DNA of 64,000 nucleotides from Eukaryota sp. GEM-RC1 (GCA_040285855.1 JAUFOQ010000016.1:2232001-2296000), one strand, 5' to 3'. Positions 24,289 to 35,989 are shown, numbered from the stretch's first letter. Numbers and translations are program-made. The notes: generated by a model not told the origin, from the letters alone.

Positions 24289-26932
24289 TATTGTTGCACC
24301 AATTTCAGCCCCAACCCCCAGCCCAGCCGAGCCGCCCAGCCTGACGGGCTGCAGTACAAGAGGACTGGGCTTAAGAGTTTGTGGCTTAAGCCCGGGCGGC
24401 TTGACAATTCAATGGGCTCAGCCCTTCAGCCCATGTACAACTCTAATTTTTCTTTGCATCATTTTCAACAGTAGATGTATTTATCAATTTTGTAAGTGTC
24501 GTTATGCCATTGACCAACAGTCAATACAATAGTTAAAAGACACGATTGTGTATAATCTACATGTACTACAACTACAACTAGTGTAATTACTTAATTCAAT
24601 TTGTTTGTTGTGATGTACCTTAGTGTAGATTGCATGAACCCGAATATTAATGAGTCTTCTTTCTTTCAGTACCACCCTATCTTGCTTTCTGTTTAATGCC
24701 CTCTCACCAAGCCGTCGTAACAATTGTTAGTGTAATGGCGTATTAGCCTCATTTGTATCATTTATAAATTCACTTATCTCTACATCATGGTACCTAAGAC
24801 CAACAATGATTATTGTGGCCTCTGTAACGCAGAAGAGTCTCAATGTATGTGCGCTCCGGGGCATTTTACCCCTGGTAGCATGACTAACCCAAGCCCTAGT
24901 TCTGACCTAGGCATCAACAAAGACCAAAACCCTAGTTCCGACCTAAATGTAGGTATACCTAAGTCCAGTTCCGACCTGGCATCCAAGGATAATCCCACCT
25001 CAGGATACCGAATTGGGACCGGACGGAAAACCTTGGGACGACACTGTGGACTTCGAGAAGCCCAACGAGGACCCCGAAACTCCCGATAGCTCCTCTTCCA
25101 AGAATAACCATCCTCCCGAGAAAACCATCCACGAGGTAGTAGACTCCCCGGTGGTTACCAATCCACCTGTCGAGAATGAAAACACTTCCCCAACTCACGT
25201 CGTTAGACCTCCACAATAAGCGATTAAGAACACTCCTCCAAAGAAAACGTCTCCTGGCACCGTTACACCCCAGACAAACGCCGCATCCAGCCATTCAATT
25301 TCTGCTTTGCCTGAGCCAATTCGTGGAAACACTCCAAAACCTAAAGTTGCTCCAAAGCCCCCTACCACGGTGCTAGGATTCACCATACTGGAAACAGATC
25401 CCAATCTTCCGGATTTGTTAACCACTAGACTTCAGCCAAAAAAATTTCCGAAGCTGAAAGCAGTGTATCAGAACTTCAACGCCAAACAAGGGCAGGAGTT
25501 CAAAACGCAATCCCGCCTTAATGATGAGACCTACCCCCCATACGAGAAAGACAGCTTTCTCCTCAAACCGGCTAAATAGCTAAAAAGATTCTACCAGAGG
25601 TACTTCAATAACAGAATCAACCTCTACCCAGAGATTGCTTACATTGAAGATGCACATGGGAAACTCCTTGGATTTATTATGGACAAACACCGTATAAATT
25701 CATTAGTAACTGTGCCACAGGCTTACAATCTGCTGAAGACACCTTTCTCGAAAGGACAAGCAGAAGATATCGACAGACAGATTGACGATCTCAAAAGTTA
25801 CGCTGATGTAGAAGTTCCGTCTTGCAACATCCCGTCAGTGAATACCAATCGATCAAGCCGCCAATCTTAAAGACTCTTGACGATCCCGACGTTATGATTA
25901 ATTGGATTGGTGATTACATGAGCTTTTGCCTTGCTCAACCCACCCAATGATCTATCAAATCTTCAATTACTACAGTCGACACCCCCTCGCTCTTCGCCAC
26001 CGGTGACTTAGCACTACGAAGTAACAAAGCAGCTAAGAAGCTTCAAGGCAAACAAAAGGGTCCGTACCGCGTTATTGACAAACCTTCCAAGAGCTCACTG
26101 GAATTGCAGAACTTCGTCACAGGACATCGTTTCCGCTCCAGCATCCACCTTTGTACCAAATGCCTATCTGACAAGCCATCCTCTGACGAGTTCCACAAAG
26201 CAGTAGCATCTTGTGACTCTGAAGAGATGGTCATCATTGAGATACTCGATCAACGTGATTCACCAAGAGGCCCTGTCTGTTCAGTAGTATGGTACGACGG
26301 TGACATCACTGAGGAACCTAAGTTTGATCAAGAACACTAAAGCGTAATCTCAATTTATTTAAATTAAATCCTCAGGTCAAGCCCAAAGCTAAACCTAAAG
26401 CCAAAGCTAGATCCAGTAGTTCAGCCAACACGGCTAATCCTATCCAATCCACTGCTCCTCCCTCTAAACGGACTAGGTCCTCGAGAAGGAAGAAGAAGTA
26501 ATGTTAGTGAGATGGCGTATTAGCCTCATTTGTATCGTTTATTAATTCATTTATCTCTACATCATGGTACCTAAGACCAACACAATAATAGATGCGATGC
26601 AACACCACATCAAGCTTCTGTTACTTCGCCAAAGTCAAAGTAAGCTCTCCACTGAGTCTTTGAGAGCTGTATTGAGCTTGAGATCCTGGATGAAAGTGGA
26701 GTTAGTATTTATATTTTTATATTATGAATAAATTGATTATTCTGATAGCAATTAAACAGAACTTAATAACCATAAGCTGAAAAGTAAGACACTACTGTAT
26801 CAGTGTTCACTTATTTGGGCTGGGGGCTGGGCTGAGCTGGGCTGGCTTGTCATTTGATTGGGCGGGCTGAAATATAAAGGACTTAGCCCAGGCGGGCTAA
26901 ATTGTAAAGGGCTGAGCCCAGGTGCAACACTA
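24289..26932. mobile_element. Non-autonomous hAT-type element carrying a nested LTR element
   Basis: TIRs TATTGTTGCACC and GGTGCAACACTA. 8-bp TSD TCGTCAAG (24281-24288) / TCGTCAAT (26933-26940). GC-rich AGCCC/GGGCT subterminal repeats at both ends. Confidence 0.85.
24725..26582 (+). mobile_element. Internally deleted Ty3/Gypsy (chromovirus-like) LTR retroelement, 1858 bp, 81-bp LTRs
   Basis: LTRs 24725-24805 and 26502-26582 (TGTTAG...CCAACA, 5 mismatches). TSD CAAT. Polypurine tract GAGAAGGAAGAAGAAG just before the 3' LTR. Integrase GPY/F motif (KKLQGKQKGPYRVI) and chromodomain-like IEILDQR...VVWYDGDITEEP. No RT or RNase H seen. Confidence 0.9.
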
Positions 26933-27859
26933 TCGTCAATTGATCTTCCAACAAAAACAAGCATTTCTAGACTCTATCATCAACATCGGGTACAACAATC
27001 CAAATTGGATTGGAAATGCTGGACCTCCTTTGTGGTAGTTCAAATGGCATGTCTTTAGCTACAGAGTAAGCAAAACAGCCTTTTAGATTACGGTATGTGT
27101 AAACACAAATGCTGGACGAACTTTAAATTCAGTGTTTAATTTATCTAAAAAATACTAACAGTGTATACAAATCATACTTGCAAAATACAGCCCAAGAACA
27201 AACACAAAAAATACACGTACTCTTCACAACAATTTGTCTGAATTCCTAATTAGTCTGAATCACTTATTAGTCTGAATCAGACTAATCATTGTTTGATCAC
27301 TTTGGGAATATCCAAAAAAAAATCAGTGAAATGTTATTCAACAGTCCATTTCTTTCATTTTGTTTGTAGACACTGTTTGAATTGACGTGTACAAACCTTG
27401 TCCCACATGTTGCCGTGAGGTCAACGTTGATAAGAAAGAAGAGTTTATTGTTAACAGAGAAATCCTTAAGACTAAGTGACACGTCATCAGATGTCAAGAT
27501 ATCTACTATGTATCGCTATCTTCATTAACATATCCTCTACAAGATCACTTAAGAACTTAGTTCTCAAAGAATTAAATTTGCTGGCTAAATCAATAGTCAT
27601 TTCAGAATCGATTGAGTGCAAAAACTGATTGATTTTGGTCGCAAAGCACGTCATCAAAAGAGACAATGAAATATGCTCACCAGTTTTTAGCTCACCAATC
27701 TGTTTAAGCTTTATGAAGAAAAAATTGCAGTGACTTATCCAATTTCAGACGAATTTGATTGTCATTACCAATGAATGTACTCAAACACTAAATAGCATCG
27801 ACACTAAAGTTGGTAAATGGAATAGAACGCCGTTCAAAAATGCACTATAGCACCAATAA

Positions 27860-28230
27860 GAAAACAATTTCCACAATTCAACTGAGGACCAATCTCAGTA
27901 GAATCAATATGAAAAAAAATAATTGGAGGGAGATTTATTTAATAATACATCAGTACACAAAGTAGCAGAGGATGTGCCATCAGTCACTCCAATAGCACAT
28001 TGAAATGGTCTAAAATATCTGATAGCCTTCTTTTACCCTTTGAAGCAGAATACGGCAAAAACGCTAACTATAAGCTCATCAATAGCAATGGATCAGATAC
28101 TTCTATTGGGTTTTCTGAGAGCAATTAATCTAGAAACAGATAAAGCTTTGGGAAGGGACACTGAACCCTTAAACAAATTGTTAAAAATCCATCCAGATCA
28201 CCATCATTTTCAGAAATAGATGGTCGAGCA
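27860..28230 (-). mobile_element. Degenerate CRE-clade reverse transcriptase fragment
   Basis: Minus strand reads LPKALSVSRLIALRKPNRSI*SIAIDELI...RYFRPFQCAIGVTDG...IGPQLNCGNC, matching the CRE RT motifs RLIALxKPxGGIRPIAVGE and PxQxGVG. Contains in-frame stops and a deletion. Confidence 0.7.
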
Positions 28231-28497
28231 GCACGACGGACAATTAATGATATTAGCAAATATGTTTTTCAATGTCATATGAAGTGTGTTTGAGTTCTGA
28301 ACCAATTGTTTCCATTTTTACTTTTTTTGTTCCAATAACGGGTTCTTCTCCAGCAAAATGGTATGTTGTCGATGTTATGTCTATTGATGTTTGAAAGAAG
28401 ACATCTTTAAAGAACGCATACGATGAAACTGCCCCTTTAAACAATTCTGAACAAGCCAAACAGGATAAGTACAAAAAACCATTGATGGCTCTAAAAT

Positions 28498-29552
28498 GAG
28501 ACTGACTAAAGTGACAACTTACCACACAACATTGGCTAAAAACACAATATAGTAACACGGCAATTTTCGGTGATGTGATGCTGCTGTTACGCTGACGTGA
28601 TCGCTTATACCACAGTATGAGATCTCATTCCAAAACATCCTCTCCTCTCATACGTACGAGTCTTTACTGCCTATGAGTGACAACATCAATACTCTTACCA
28701 CCATATCTCCTCCATATTCCTTCGAAGAAGAACGAGGAACTCCTGGATACCCTGCGTCAATCTAATGCAGCTACTTCAAGATCATATATGTCGATCTTTG
28801 GTTGGAGTTGTGAGCAGATTTGCTCTCCGTCATTTACTTAGGACTATGGAAGTTGTACAAGAAATGAACTATGAAGATACTGATACTGTATTAGACCAAA
28901 AGCTGTATGCTTTAGGCTTACCCACAAGTTTAGTTGTAAAGATCCACGTTGAAGGTGGAACCAATCTAGCAGAGGACGAGGTACATCCTCAATGGTAGAT
29001 AAATGGAGAAGAATCTCAGAACATACTTAACCAAGTTCCTCCTGAAGAGATACAAGAAGATGGTGTTGAAATGCAAGAAGAACTGAGTAGATTCCGGGAA
29101 CTGAGGAACGCAATTCACAATCTTACTGAGTTGCAGCAAGAAGTGTTGTTGCCTAAACTCGAGATGGTTTTGCAAGAAGTACAATCAATTCCACAAGCAG
29201 CTAACAGGGAAGAACTTCGTTAAACCAGTGGGATCCAGAGGAAGGTTAACTTCTTAATTCGAAGTCGTCGAAAATGAGAACCTAAACACCAGAAAATGTA
29301 GTGTATGTCAAGTTAGAGGTCACATCAAAAGAACTTGTCCTAGAAGAAACGCAGAGCCTGTCCAAAGTGTAGCTAGAGTAGAAACGTAAGATGTATTGTA
29401 CTGGAAGGTAATAAACTATTTTTGATTGAGTATCATGTAGCAATCACATGATTGAGAGGTAAGAAAGAATTGTAGCACGACAAAAATTTCTCGTGCACTA
29501 TATTGTGTTTTTAGTCAATGTTGTGTGGTAAGTTGTCAATTTAGTCAGTCTC
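28498..29552 (+). mobile_element. Non-autonomous Mutator-like element (MULE)
   Basis: ~60-bp TIRs starting GAGACTGACTAAA-TGACAACTTACCACACAACATTG. Perfect 9-bp TSD CTCTAAAAT (28489-28497 and 29553-29561). Internal transposase C-terminal remnants: LGLPTS...EVHPQW and the CCHC knuckle RKCSVCQVRGHIKRTCP at ~29292-29341. Confidence 0.92.
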
Positions 29553-29639
29553 CTCTAAAATATGTAAACCATGTTGAATACGATGTATGCCCAGCTGTTT
29601 CGATCAACGGCCGTTTAGGAAACAGTGAATTCATTTTTT

Positions 29640-29760
29640 AAACAATTTCGGAAAAACAATTCTGAGTTTTGTTCAAAATTGTGGGGAACACTAGAGATCA
29701 GCAAAGTTTACATATCGATTCCCCAACAGCAATGGGACGAACCTTTTCATTGTTATCGAT
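29640..29760 (-). mobile_element. Short CRE-type RT fragment
   Basis: Minus strand reads NEKVRPIAVGESICKLC*SLVF (RT motif RPIAVGE). Confidence 0.6.
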
Positions 29761-30200
29761 AGAAATGTGTATATTACTTTTAAACAGTTTTTTGATGGAG
29801 GGTACAAAAATAAATATCATAATAAAAGCTACACTGTAATTCTCTAAATGAGTTAACTTTATAAGTATTAATAAGTAAGAAAAAACAACGGGTTGCTATT
29901 CAATGATAATGTGAATTTATCCGCACAGCAGCAGCGCTCCTTAGCTTTGTTTGTTGAAACTTTAGATTAAGATGTTTGGAACAATTGTTTTCCTTCTCAT
30001 ATACTAAGTGTTCACTCAAACCATTAATGTAAACGACGTTAATCTACAACACATGAAAACACACCATAGTGAGATGATGTTTGGATATACTACCAGACCG
30101 AGAGGGAACAATCTTGACAGAGAAGAATCTTGTTAACTGGAATGAGTGTTTGGCGATTGCAAATGATCAAAAATCCAACAACTTATCCTTTCTCCATATT

Positions 30201-30716
30201 ATGTCCGGTGTAGCTGATAATATTTCCAACAAACTTCCTAGCATCTCTTCTGATGAGGAATTCTCCAAAGCTCTTAAGCTTATGGACATTCTCGTATGTA
30301 GTCAATCATTCTAACACAAGGTCTATATCTGTATTGGTTATTCTGGTTGGTTAGTCTGGGCTTTCGGTGTCACTTATCTCGGTGTTTCTTTCATTACCGC
30401 TCTCGTCAACATCATTGTTTACGGAATTTTGGCCGCAGGTGCTTTCGCCATGAAGCTTCTCATTGCTCAAAGAGACCACGAAAAGTTGAAGTTAGTTTCC
30501 CTCATCTTCTGGGGTATTGTATGTAGCTTTCCAATCTCATTTTAGGCCGCATATTCCATTGTTGATGGTTTGTACTATGGTATCATTGCCTTCGGTTTTA
30601 ACATTGGTTACTTGCTCCAAAAAGTGTTCCATGGTGCCCTTGTTTTCGTTGTCGCTGCCCAAGCAGTTAGAATTCGCATGTGTCCCTTCTACTTGAGCGC
30701 TTCTTCTTCTGTTTAA
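30201..30716 (+). CDS. 153-aa four-TM membrane protein, 3 exons (30201-30293, 30321-30518, 30546-30716); missed by the ORF track
   Basis: Two 27-nt GTATGT...AG introns, each holding an in-frame stop. The spliced product is uninterrupted: MSGVADNISNKLP...DILVYICIGYSGWLVWAFG...LIFWGIAAYSIVDG...PFYLSASSSV*. Confidence 0.85.
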
Positions 30717-31738
30717 GTTATATACTGTGATATAAAGAATTATGTACTACCTTGTTTTACCTCCCGTTTATGTTCCCATTCTTTACGACTTTAATTTTAA
30801 GGTCATCAACTCAATGTGTTCTTCCCCCAGTATCTTAAACACACCAGGTCTGGAGAGCTTTCCAACGTCGTGTAATCTACTGGAAAAATCCTCGAACTCA
30901 AACAATCATTGTTATAAACACTGATTCTCGTTGGTCAACATTGGTTACTTTCATCTTTTTGTAGAGGAAGATCTCATTTTCGCTGTTTAAAAGAACGGTT
31001 TAGGTACTACTGTTCAATGTAGTACATGTACAATGTATTTGATTTATAAATGTAACATATCAAAAATAAACACTCATAACTAAAACTATTGTATCAAACC
31101 TTACAACATCTTGTTGACATCCTATCATTTAGTTGCAAATACTGCTCGTACACCAACAATATTTTTCCAAACTCTATCTGCAGCAACACTAGATGTTGAT
31201 TTGACACATCTATTTCATTTTATAAAATGTTAAACTTTGTTTCAAAATGTAAGCAGAAGTTCTTTTAACAGAAGGATCATAGTTTAGATACTTTAGTTAG
31301 TGTCTGTTAGTTATTAACTTCTGCAAATGCATTTATTTCACTGATTGATCATAAACCCCGACTTTTAAATGTAAGCCACATTTGGCTAAGTGAAGTAATA
31401 CATCGCTTCGAATACCAAACATGGAACTTATGAGTTTCCACAAAATGATACAACATTTTTGGACAAGATACACCTCAAAGCCAAGTTCTTTCAGACACAT
31501 ACAGAAAGTGACAGTGTATCTTCATAGAAAACGAAAAACACAGCGGTGTCGATATATAGAAGTTTGGTTTTTGTAAAACGTAAATAACGGAAGCCTTGTT
31601 CATGAGGAAAAAAATCATGATTGTTTATGAGGGCAAACTCAGCAATACAATTTGAGACATTGGTAACAAGACAAAAATATTTTGTCGTGCACTTTTGACG
31701 ACAATTCAAACCTCTTCTTTGCTGTTGTTGACAATACA

Positions 31739-32197
31739 ATGTCACAGCTGCAAAGATTTGACCTTCTTACGCAGCCTTTGGCATCTTATCAAGGCCATAA
31801 TGAAACACTAGACGATGTCCTAATTCGTTTACGTGAACTTTTTCCTGCAAACACCGTCAATACGCATATGCCCTTAAATACTTCTCCAACGCCATCATCT
31901 GATGTTCACTCTCGGAGTCCTTCCACATCTCCTAATGGTTCACCTAATCATGTTGAGAGCGATCTCGTACGTTTAAAGTGGCGTCAACGTCAAATTGATT
32001 ACGGAAAGAACACTCTTGGCTATCAGCGATACCGCACTGAAGTTCCTGTTAATCAACGCTTATCTCACCATCCAAAAACACCTCCACTTGACCTCAAAAT
32101 TTCCAAGAAGAAGTGGGGCTATATGTGTAACAATTGGAGACGGGAGCTTCATCAGTGGGACCCTTCTCCTGGAAGTGATTACAAAGACATGTATTGA
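31739..32197 (+). CDS. SLBP: Histone mRNA stem-loop binding protein (SLBP RNA-binding domain)
   Basis: RQRQIDYGKNTLGYQRY...HPKTPP...SKKKW...WRRELHQWDP is the SLBP RBD signature. First ATG at 31739. Confidence 0.92.
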   Translation: MSQLQRFDLLTQPLASYQGHNETLDDVLIRLRELFPANTVNTHMPLNTSPTPSSDVHSRSPSTSPNGSPNHVESDLVRLKWRQRQIDYGKNTLGYQRYRTEVPVNQRLSHHPKTPPLDLKISKKKWGYMCNNWRRELHQWDPSPGSDYKDMY

Positions 32198-32474
32198 GAC
32201 TGTTAGGTGTTTTTCAACACCCATAGTTACTGTTTCTATTTGTTTGTTTATAAACTTATCTTCTGATAATTTTATCTTTCACTCTGGTTTCAATACATCC
32301 AGATATCCTACAAAATAATCCCGAAAACAAAAAAATCCAAACTATAGTCAGGATGTAAAATGTACAACTGAAGAAGTTTTATGAATGAATTATTCTCAGT
32401 CAATTCAGCTTTCCAGATACGATACGATTTAGTTAGAGTATTTCAATTAACAATGAAAGAAGGTTCGCAAACCT

Positions 32475-33995
32475 ATGCACTCTTCGCTTGTCTACGACAT
32501 ACTAAATCACTGTTCCATTAGGTTCAGGTTACGGATTAAATCAGTTTCCAAGCGAATATGTCAAACGTCAATGTCTTCGTTGGAGCATTTACGGTCGTTT
32601 AATGTCAAGGAATTCTTAACAATTTTGGAAATTCAGAACGTCCTAGAACAATGTCAATCACCTCTCACTGAACTAGTTCTGTCCTTACCAGCATCACAAT
32701 TGGAGCGGTATGCATCTTCTATATCTTTTATTTTGAGTGATCTACCCAAGAATATTTCTGTTTCTGTTCCCAAGTCAATAGGTCACCTCTCTAATCAACT
32801 TACTTGTACTTCACAGTTAACAACCTTATATGGTATCCCTGCTGATCTTGTATATGCACTACAACGTTGTCACCACGTTTCTCTAGCTCGATCGCTGATT
32901 CTAACTCCTCCTGTGGACTTTGGTTACCTTAACCTTTTACTACAATCATGTCCCTCACTGTCTATGCTCTCCATCAATCTGCTTGATGAAAATCAGTACA
33001 ACTTTCTTATAGATCCTAGATTCTATTCATACATTGCTATATTAGTTGATCAACTATTATCTCTTCAAATCGACGCTCCATCGTATATAGTGGATATCGA
33101 ACGTATCGTACTTTTCCTATCAAAGTGTAACCGAATTCGCATTCTCAAGCTTAATGTGGCAAACGAATTAGAAGTATGGACCTCTCTTATGCGCCACAAA
33201 GATGTCCTTTTTCTTATTAAACACCTAACACTTAACAATAGTCAAGTTCCATGTTCTGCCTTCAATCTGTGTTCATCCATGGATACTCTAACTATTCCGT
33301 ATTCCCTTATCTCAAAACCTTTCTGTGGCTATGTTTCTGAATCTCTAAGAGTCCTTCGAATCGTTCAGTTACCACATAAGCCCGATCTCTCTATTTTTAT
33401 GCCAAATATCAACAAAATTTCAAAACTTTCTCTTGAAGGAGCTCATTCATGGTGTTCTCTGGAAAGCTTCATGTTGCCAATGACAGTGGTTTCCCTCGAA
33501 ATCTGCAACACTATCATCCCTGAAAAGCAACTCAATCGTCTCTCCATCTTCTTTCCATTCCTCATTGAACTCTCCTTTGACCTTAGAAACCGTACTCCCC
33601 ACGATGCTCATCCCTCTTGTGGAAACGCTCTATTGGATCTACTTTTTGACTTACGCTTTCTCAAACAACTCACCCTCTTCGGCCTTGATCTAGGATGTGA
33701 ATCAACCTTTTTCCCTCGCCGTTGTAATCTGGATACTCTCTCAATCAACAACTGTCTTCATTCGAGTGAATTCTTATACACTGTTCTTCCACATACTTCT
33801 AGTCTGAGGGAGTTGACACTTTCTAATCCAGCTGATCCACGTGAGCTCTTCTGTGAGTCGTTGTTTTCTGTGATTGCTCAGGTAGAGTCGTTGCAGATTG
33901 TTTATACTAACATGATGCCAGAAAGTGGGTTTAATTTGAGGAAGGCGTTTGCTGACGTAGTTGATGAACGGCTTGGCTTTTTCTTTCCTTGTTGA
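32475..33995 (+). CDS. F-box-like / RNI-type leucine-rich repeat protein
   Basis: 506-aa intact ORF with N-terminal F-box-like LVYDILNH...VSKR and repeated LxxLxL motifs (CPSLSMLSI, LKQLTL, LRELTL). Confidence 0.6.
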   Translation: MHSSLVYDILNHCSIRFRLRIKSVSKRICQTSMSSLEHLRSFNVKEFLTILEIQNVLEQCQSPLTELVLSLPASQLERYASSISFILSDLPKNISVSVPKSIGHLSNQLTCTSQLTTLYGIPADLVYALQRCHHVSLARSLILTPPVDFGYLNLLLQSCPSLSMLSINLLDENQYNFLIDPRFYSYIAILVDQLLSLQIDAPSYIVDIERIVLFLSKCNRIRILKLNVANELEVWTSLMRHKDVLFLIKHLTLNNSQVPCSAFNLCSSMDTLTIPYSLISKPFCGYVSESLRVLRIVQLPHKPDLSIFMPNINKISKLSLEGAHSWCSLESFMLPMTVVSLEICNTIIPEKQLNRLSIFFPFLIELSFDLRNRTPHDAHPSCGNALLDLLFDLRFLKQLTLFGLDLGCESTFFPRRCNLDTLSINNCLHSSEFLYTVLPHTSSLRELTLSNPADPRELFCESLFSVIAQVESLQIVYTNMMPESGFNLRKAFADVVDERLGFFFPC

Positions 33996-35446
33996 TCTGT
34001 AGATTTAGTCATAGTGATGTGTTATTCTATAGTTTTAAGCATTTGGGTTTTTGTGATTTTAGAAACAAATACAATATTTAGTATTGTCCTCGTTTTTGAG
34101 CTCGGTTGGTATTATGAATAAAATGGACACATCTGTATTTGTGTATTCTTCTTGTACAGTTGATTCAATAGTATTATCCAAAAGTCTAGTCATGTACTAG
34201 ACTTACAAGAGTTTGCTGAAATTCATGAACACAATTTTGTTTATGTGAAATAGTGTGACCCGTGTAAGAAATGTAATTGGAGAAGATACTGTACTATTCA
34301 AATAGGAAGAAACGGGGTTTATGATCAGTCAGTGAAATAAATACATTTGCAGAAGATTCAAATAGTAATGTTATATGACTAATAGAATCCTCTTCATCTA
34401 AAACATATGTTGTTTCATCAGTTTGTACACCTACACAACAAACGAATTCTGTAAAAAGACACAGTTCAAAAGGATTTCAACTATTTTATAGATGTTGTCT
34501 ACAGTGTCACAACTTGACAAATTATGACAACATTTGGTGATACGGAATTGGGAAATGAAAATTTGGAACAGCTACAACAATTGTGCTTAATTTTATTATT
34601 CTTTACTGTATAGACTTCTATCCTCTAAAACAATTGCACAAATAGCAGTTCAAGTACTAAAGAGAGGTAGAATAAATTGGATTGTAGTAAACTCAAACAG
34701 GAATTACGACAGTATGTATTTTTTCTGAATTATCGCTGTTAGGCAAATACTAGGTTTTGATACTACAATTAGAGTGCCCAACACATTGTCAGTAGGAAAG
34801 ACCAAATTCCTAATAGACCAAAGTAGTACGGTGTCGTTCATATTTGTGTTATTATACACCTATATATAGGTGTGTTTAAGGGCAATAACGCATGAAAGAT
34901 TAAAATTTTAATTGCACTAAGATGCTCGTGGATCGTAAATTCTCCTGTCAATTTGATTGAATTGGAATATCAATTGACATTAATTTGACACATCAACAGC
35001 ACCAAATTGGAAATAATAGTCCCCACTATTTTACAGATGGAACATTACACTCTGTGTTTGATTAGGTCTGTATCGAAAGCAATACATGTATCACTTGAAT
35101 ACCATACAATGCTCTTCTTTAAACTTTGCTAGTCGCAAGAGAACAATTAAAGCAATAAAAAAGAAGCACTAAGTGAGTTCTCATATGAAAGCAATTTTTA
35201 GTTATTTAATATAACAGATCCGAATATAAAAAATGTTCATAGAAGATAGAGACCAAAAGAAATATCAAAATACAAGTTATGAATCTAAATCGTGTCATCG
35301 AATTGGCACATGAATATAAAATGTTTTAGATGTATTGGTAGCTCCAATGTTAACACAGATGACATTGATGTAATGGTACTAAACGAAAGACTGTTTTTGT
35401 TACCAATTGATTCGTTACACCAATTCATCTCCGCTGCATCTACTTC

Positions 35447-35955
35447 ATGGTGTTCTCTATTCATCCATTATCTAACAATCACTTTTTCTACTGTTGTCGG
35501 TTCATAAATGTACAAAATATATCAGAGGTTCGTTCTTTTGTGACCAACGATATACCCTTTTGCGCTCAGATATGTTTCTTGACCTGTTTCAACTTCTAAT
35601 GGCTGCTGAAAACTGTATAGTAAACAAGAATGCCAATATATTCAAAACAAAACCAGGCACTGAGTTTCTTATGTCTCTGTCTCCATCAAAGCACTTGTCA
35701 AAAACTGTTGAAGCCTTTGGAGTTACAGAAGACACACATTCAGACATCATTATAGCTTTCATTTCTTCTTCAAACGAACAAGACAATAACGTTGATCAAC
35801 TTGAACAAGTTGTTCAAGGAACTCCTTCTTCTCTTGATAATCTATCACAAACAGCTAATGTCATGGAGATATCGAGGGCATTTAATGTTGAAGCAAATGA
35901 CCCAGACATTTTATCTACTATTCTCACCAAAGCATCATCTAAGTACCTCGTGTAA
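35447..35955 (+). CDS. CGI121: KEOPS/EKC subunit Cgi121 (TPRKB); one 1-nt deletion near 35553
   Basis: FINVQNISEVR...DLFQLLMAA...KTKPGTEFLMSLSPSKHLSKTVEAFGV...IIIAFI fits the Cgi121 pattern. The N-terminus from ATG 35447 is in a different frame. Confidence 0.8.
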
Positions 35956-35989
35956 CACAATGAATAAACCATATAAATAAGGTGGGGTT

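Noticed and set aside
30294..30545. Stop-codon reassignment (in-frame TAA and TAG inside a coding region)
   Set aside because: Both stops fall inside GTATGT...AG segments that look like introns. TAA, TAG and TGA all terminate conserved genes elsewhere in the window.
34500..35160. Further very decayed CRE endonuclease-like fragments, also at ~70-100 and 56550-56740
   Set aside because: Only a few residues resemble the motifs, too weak to annotate without an alignment.
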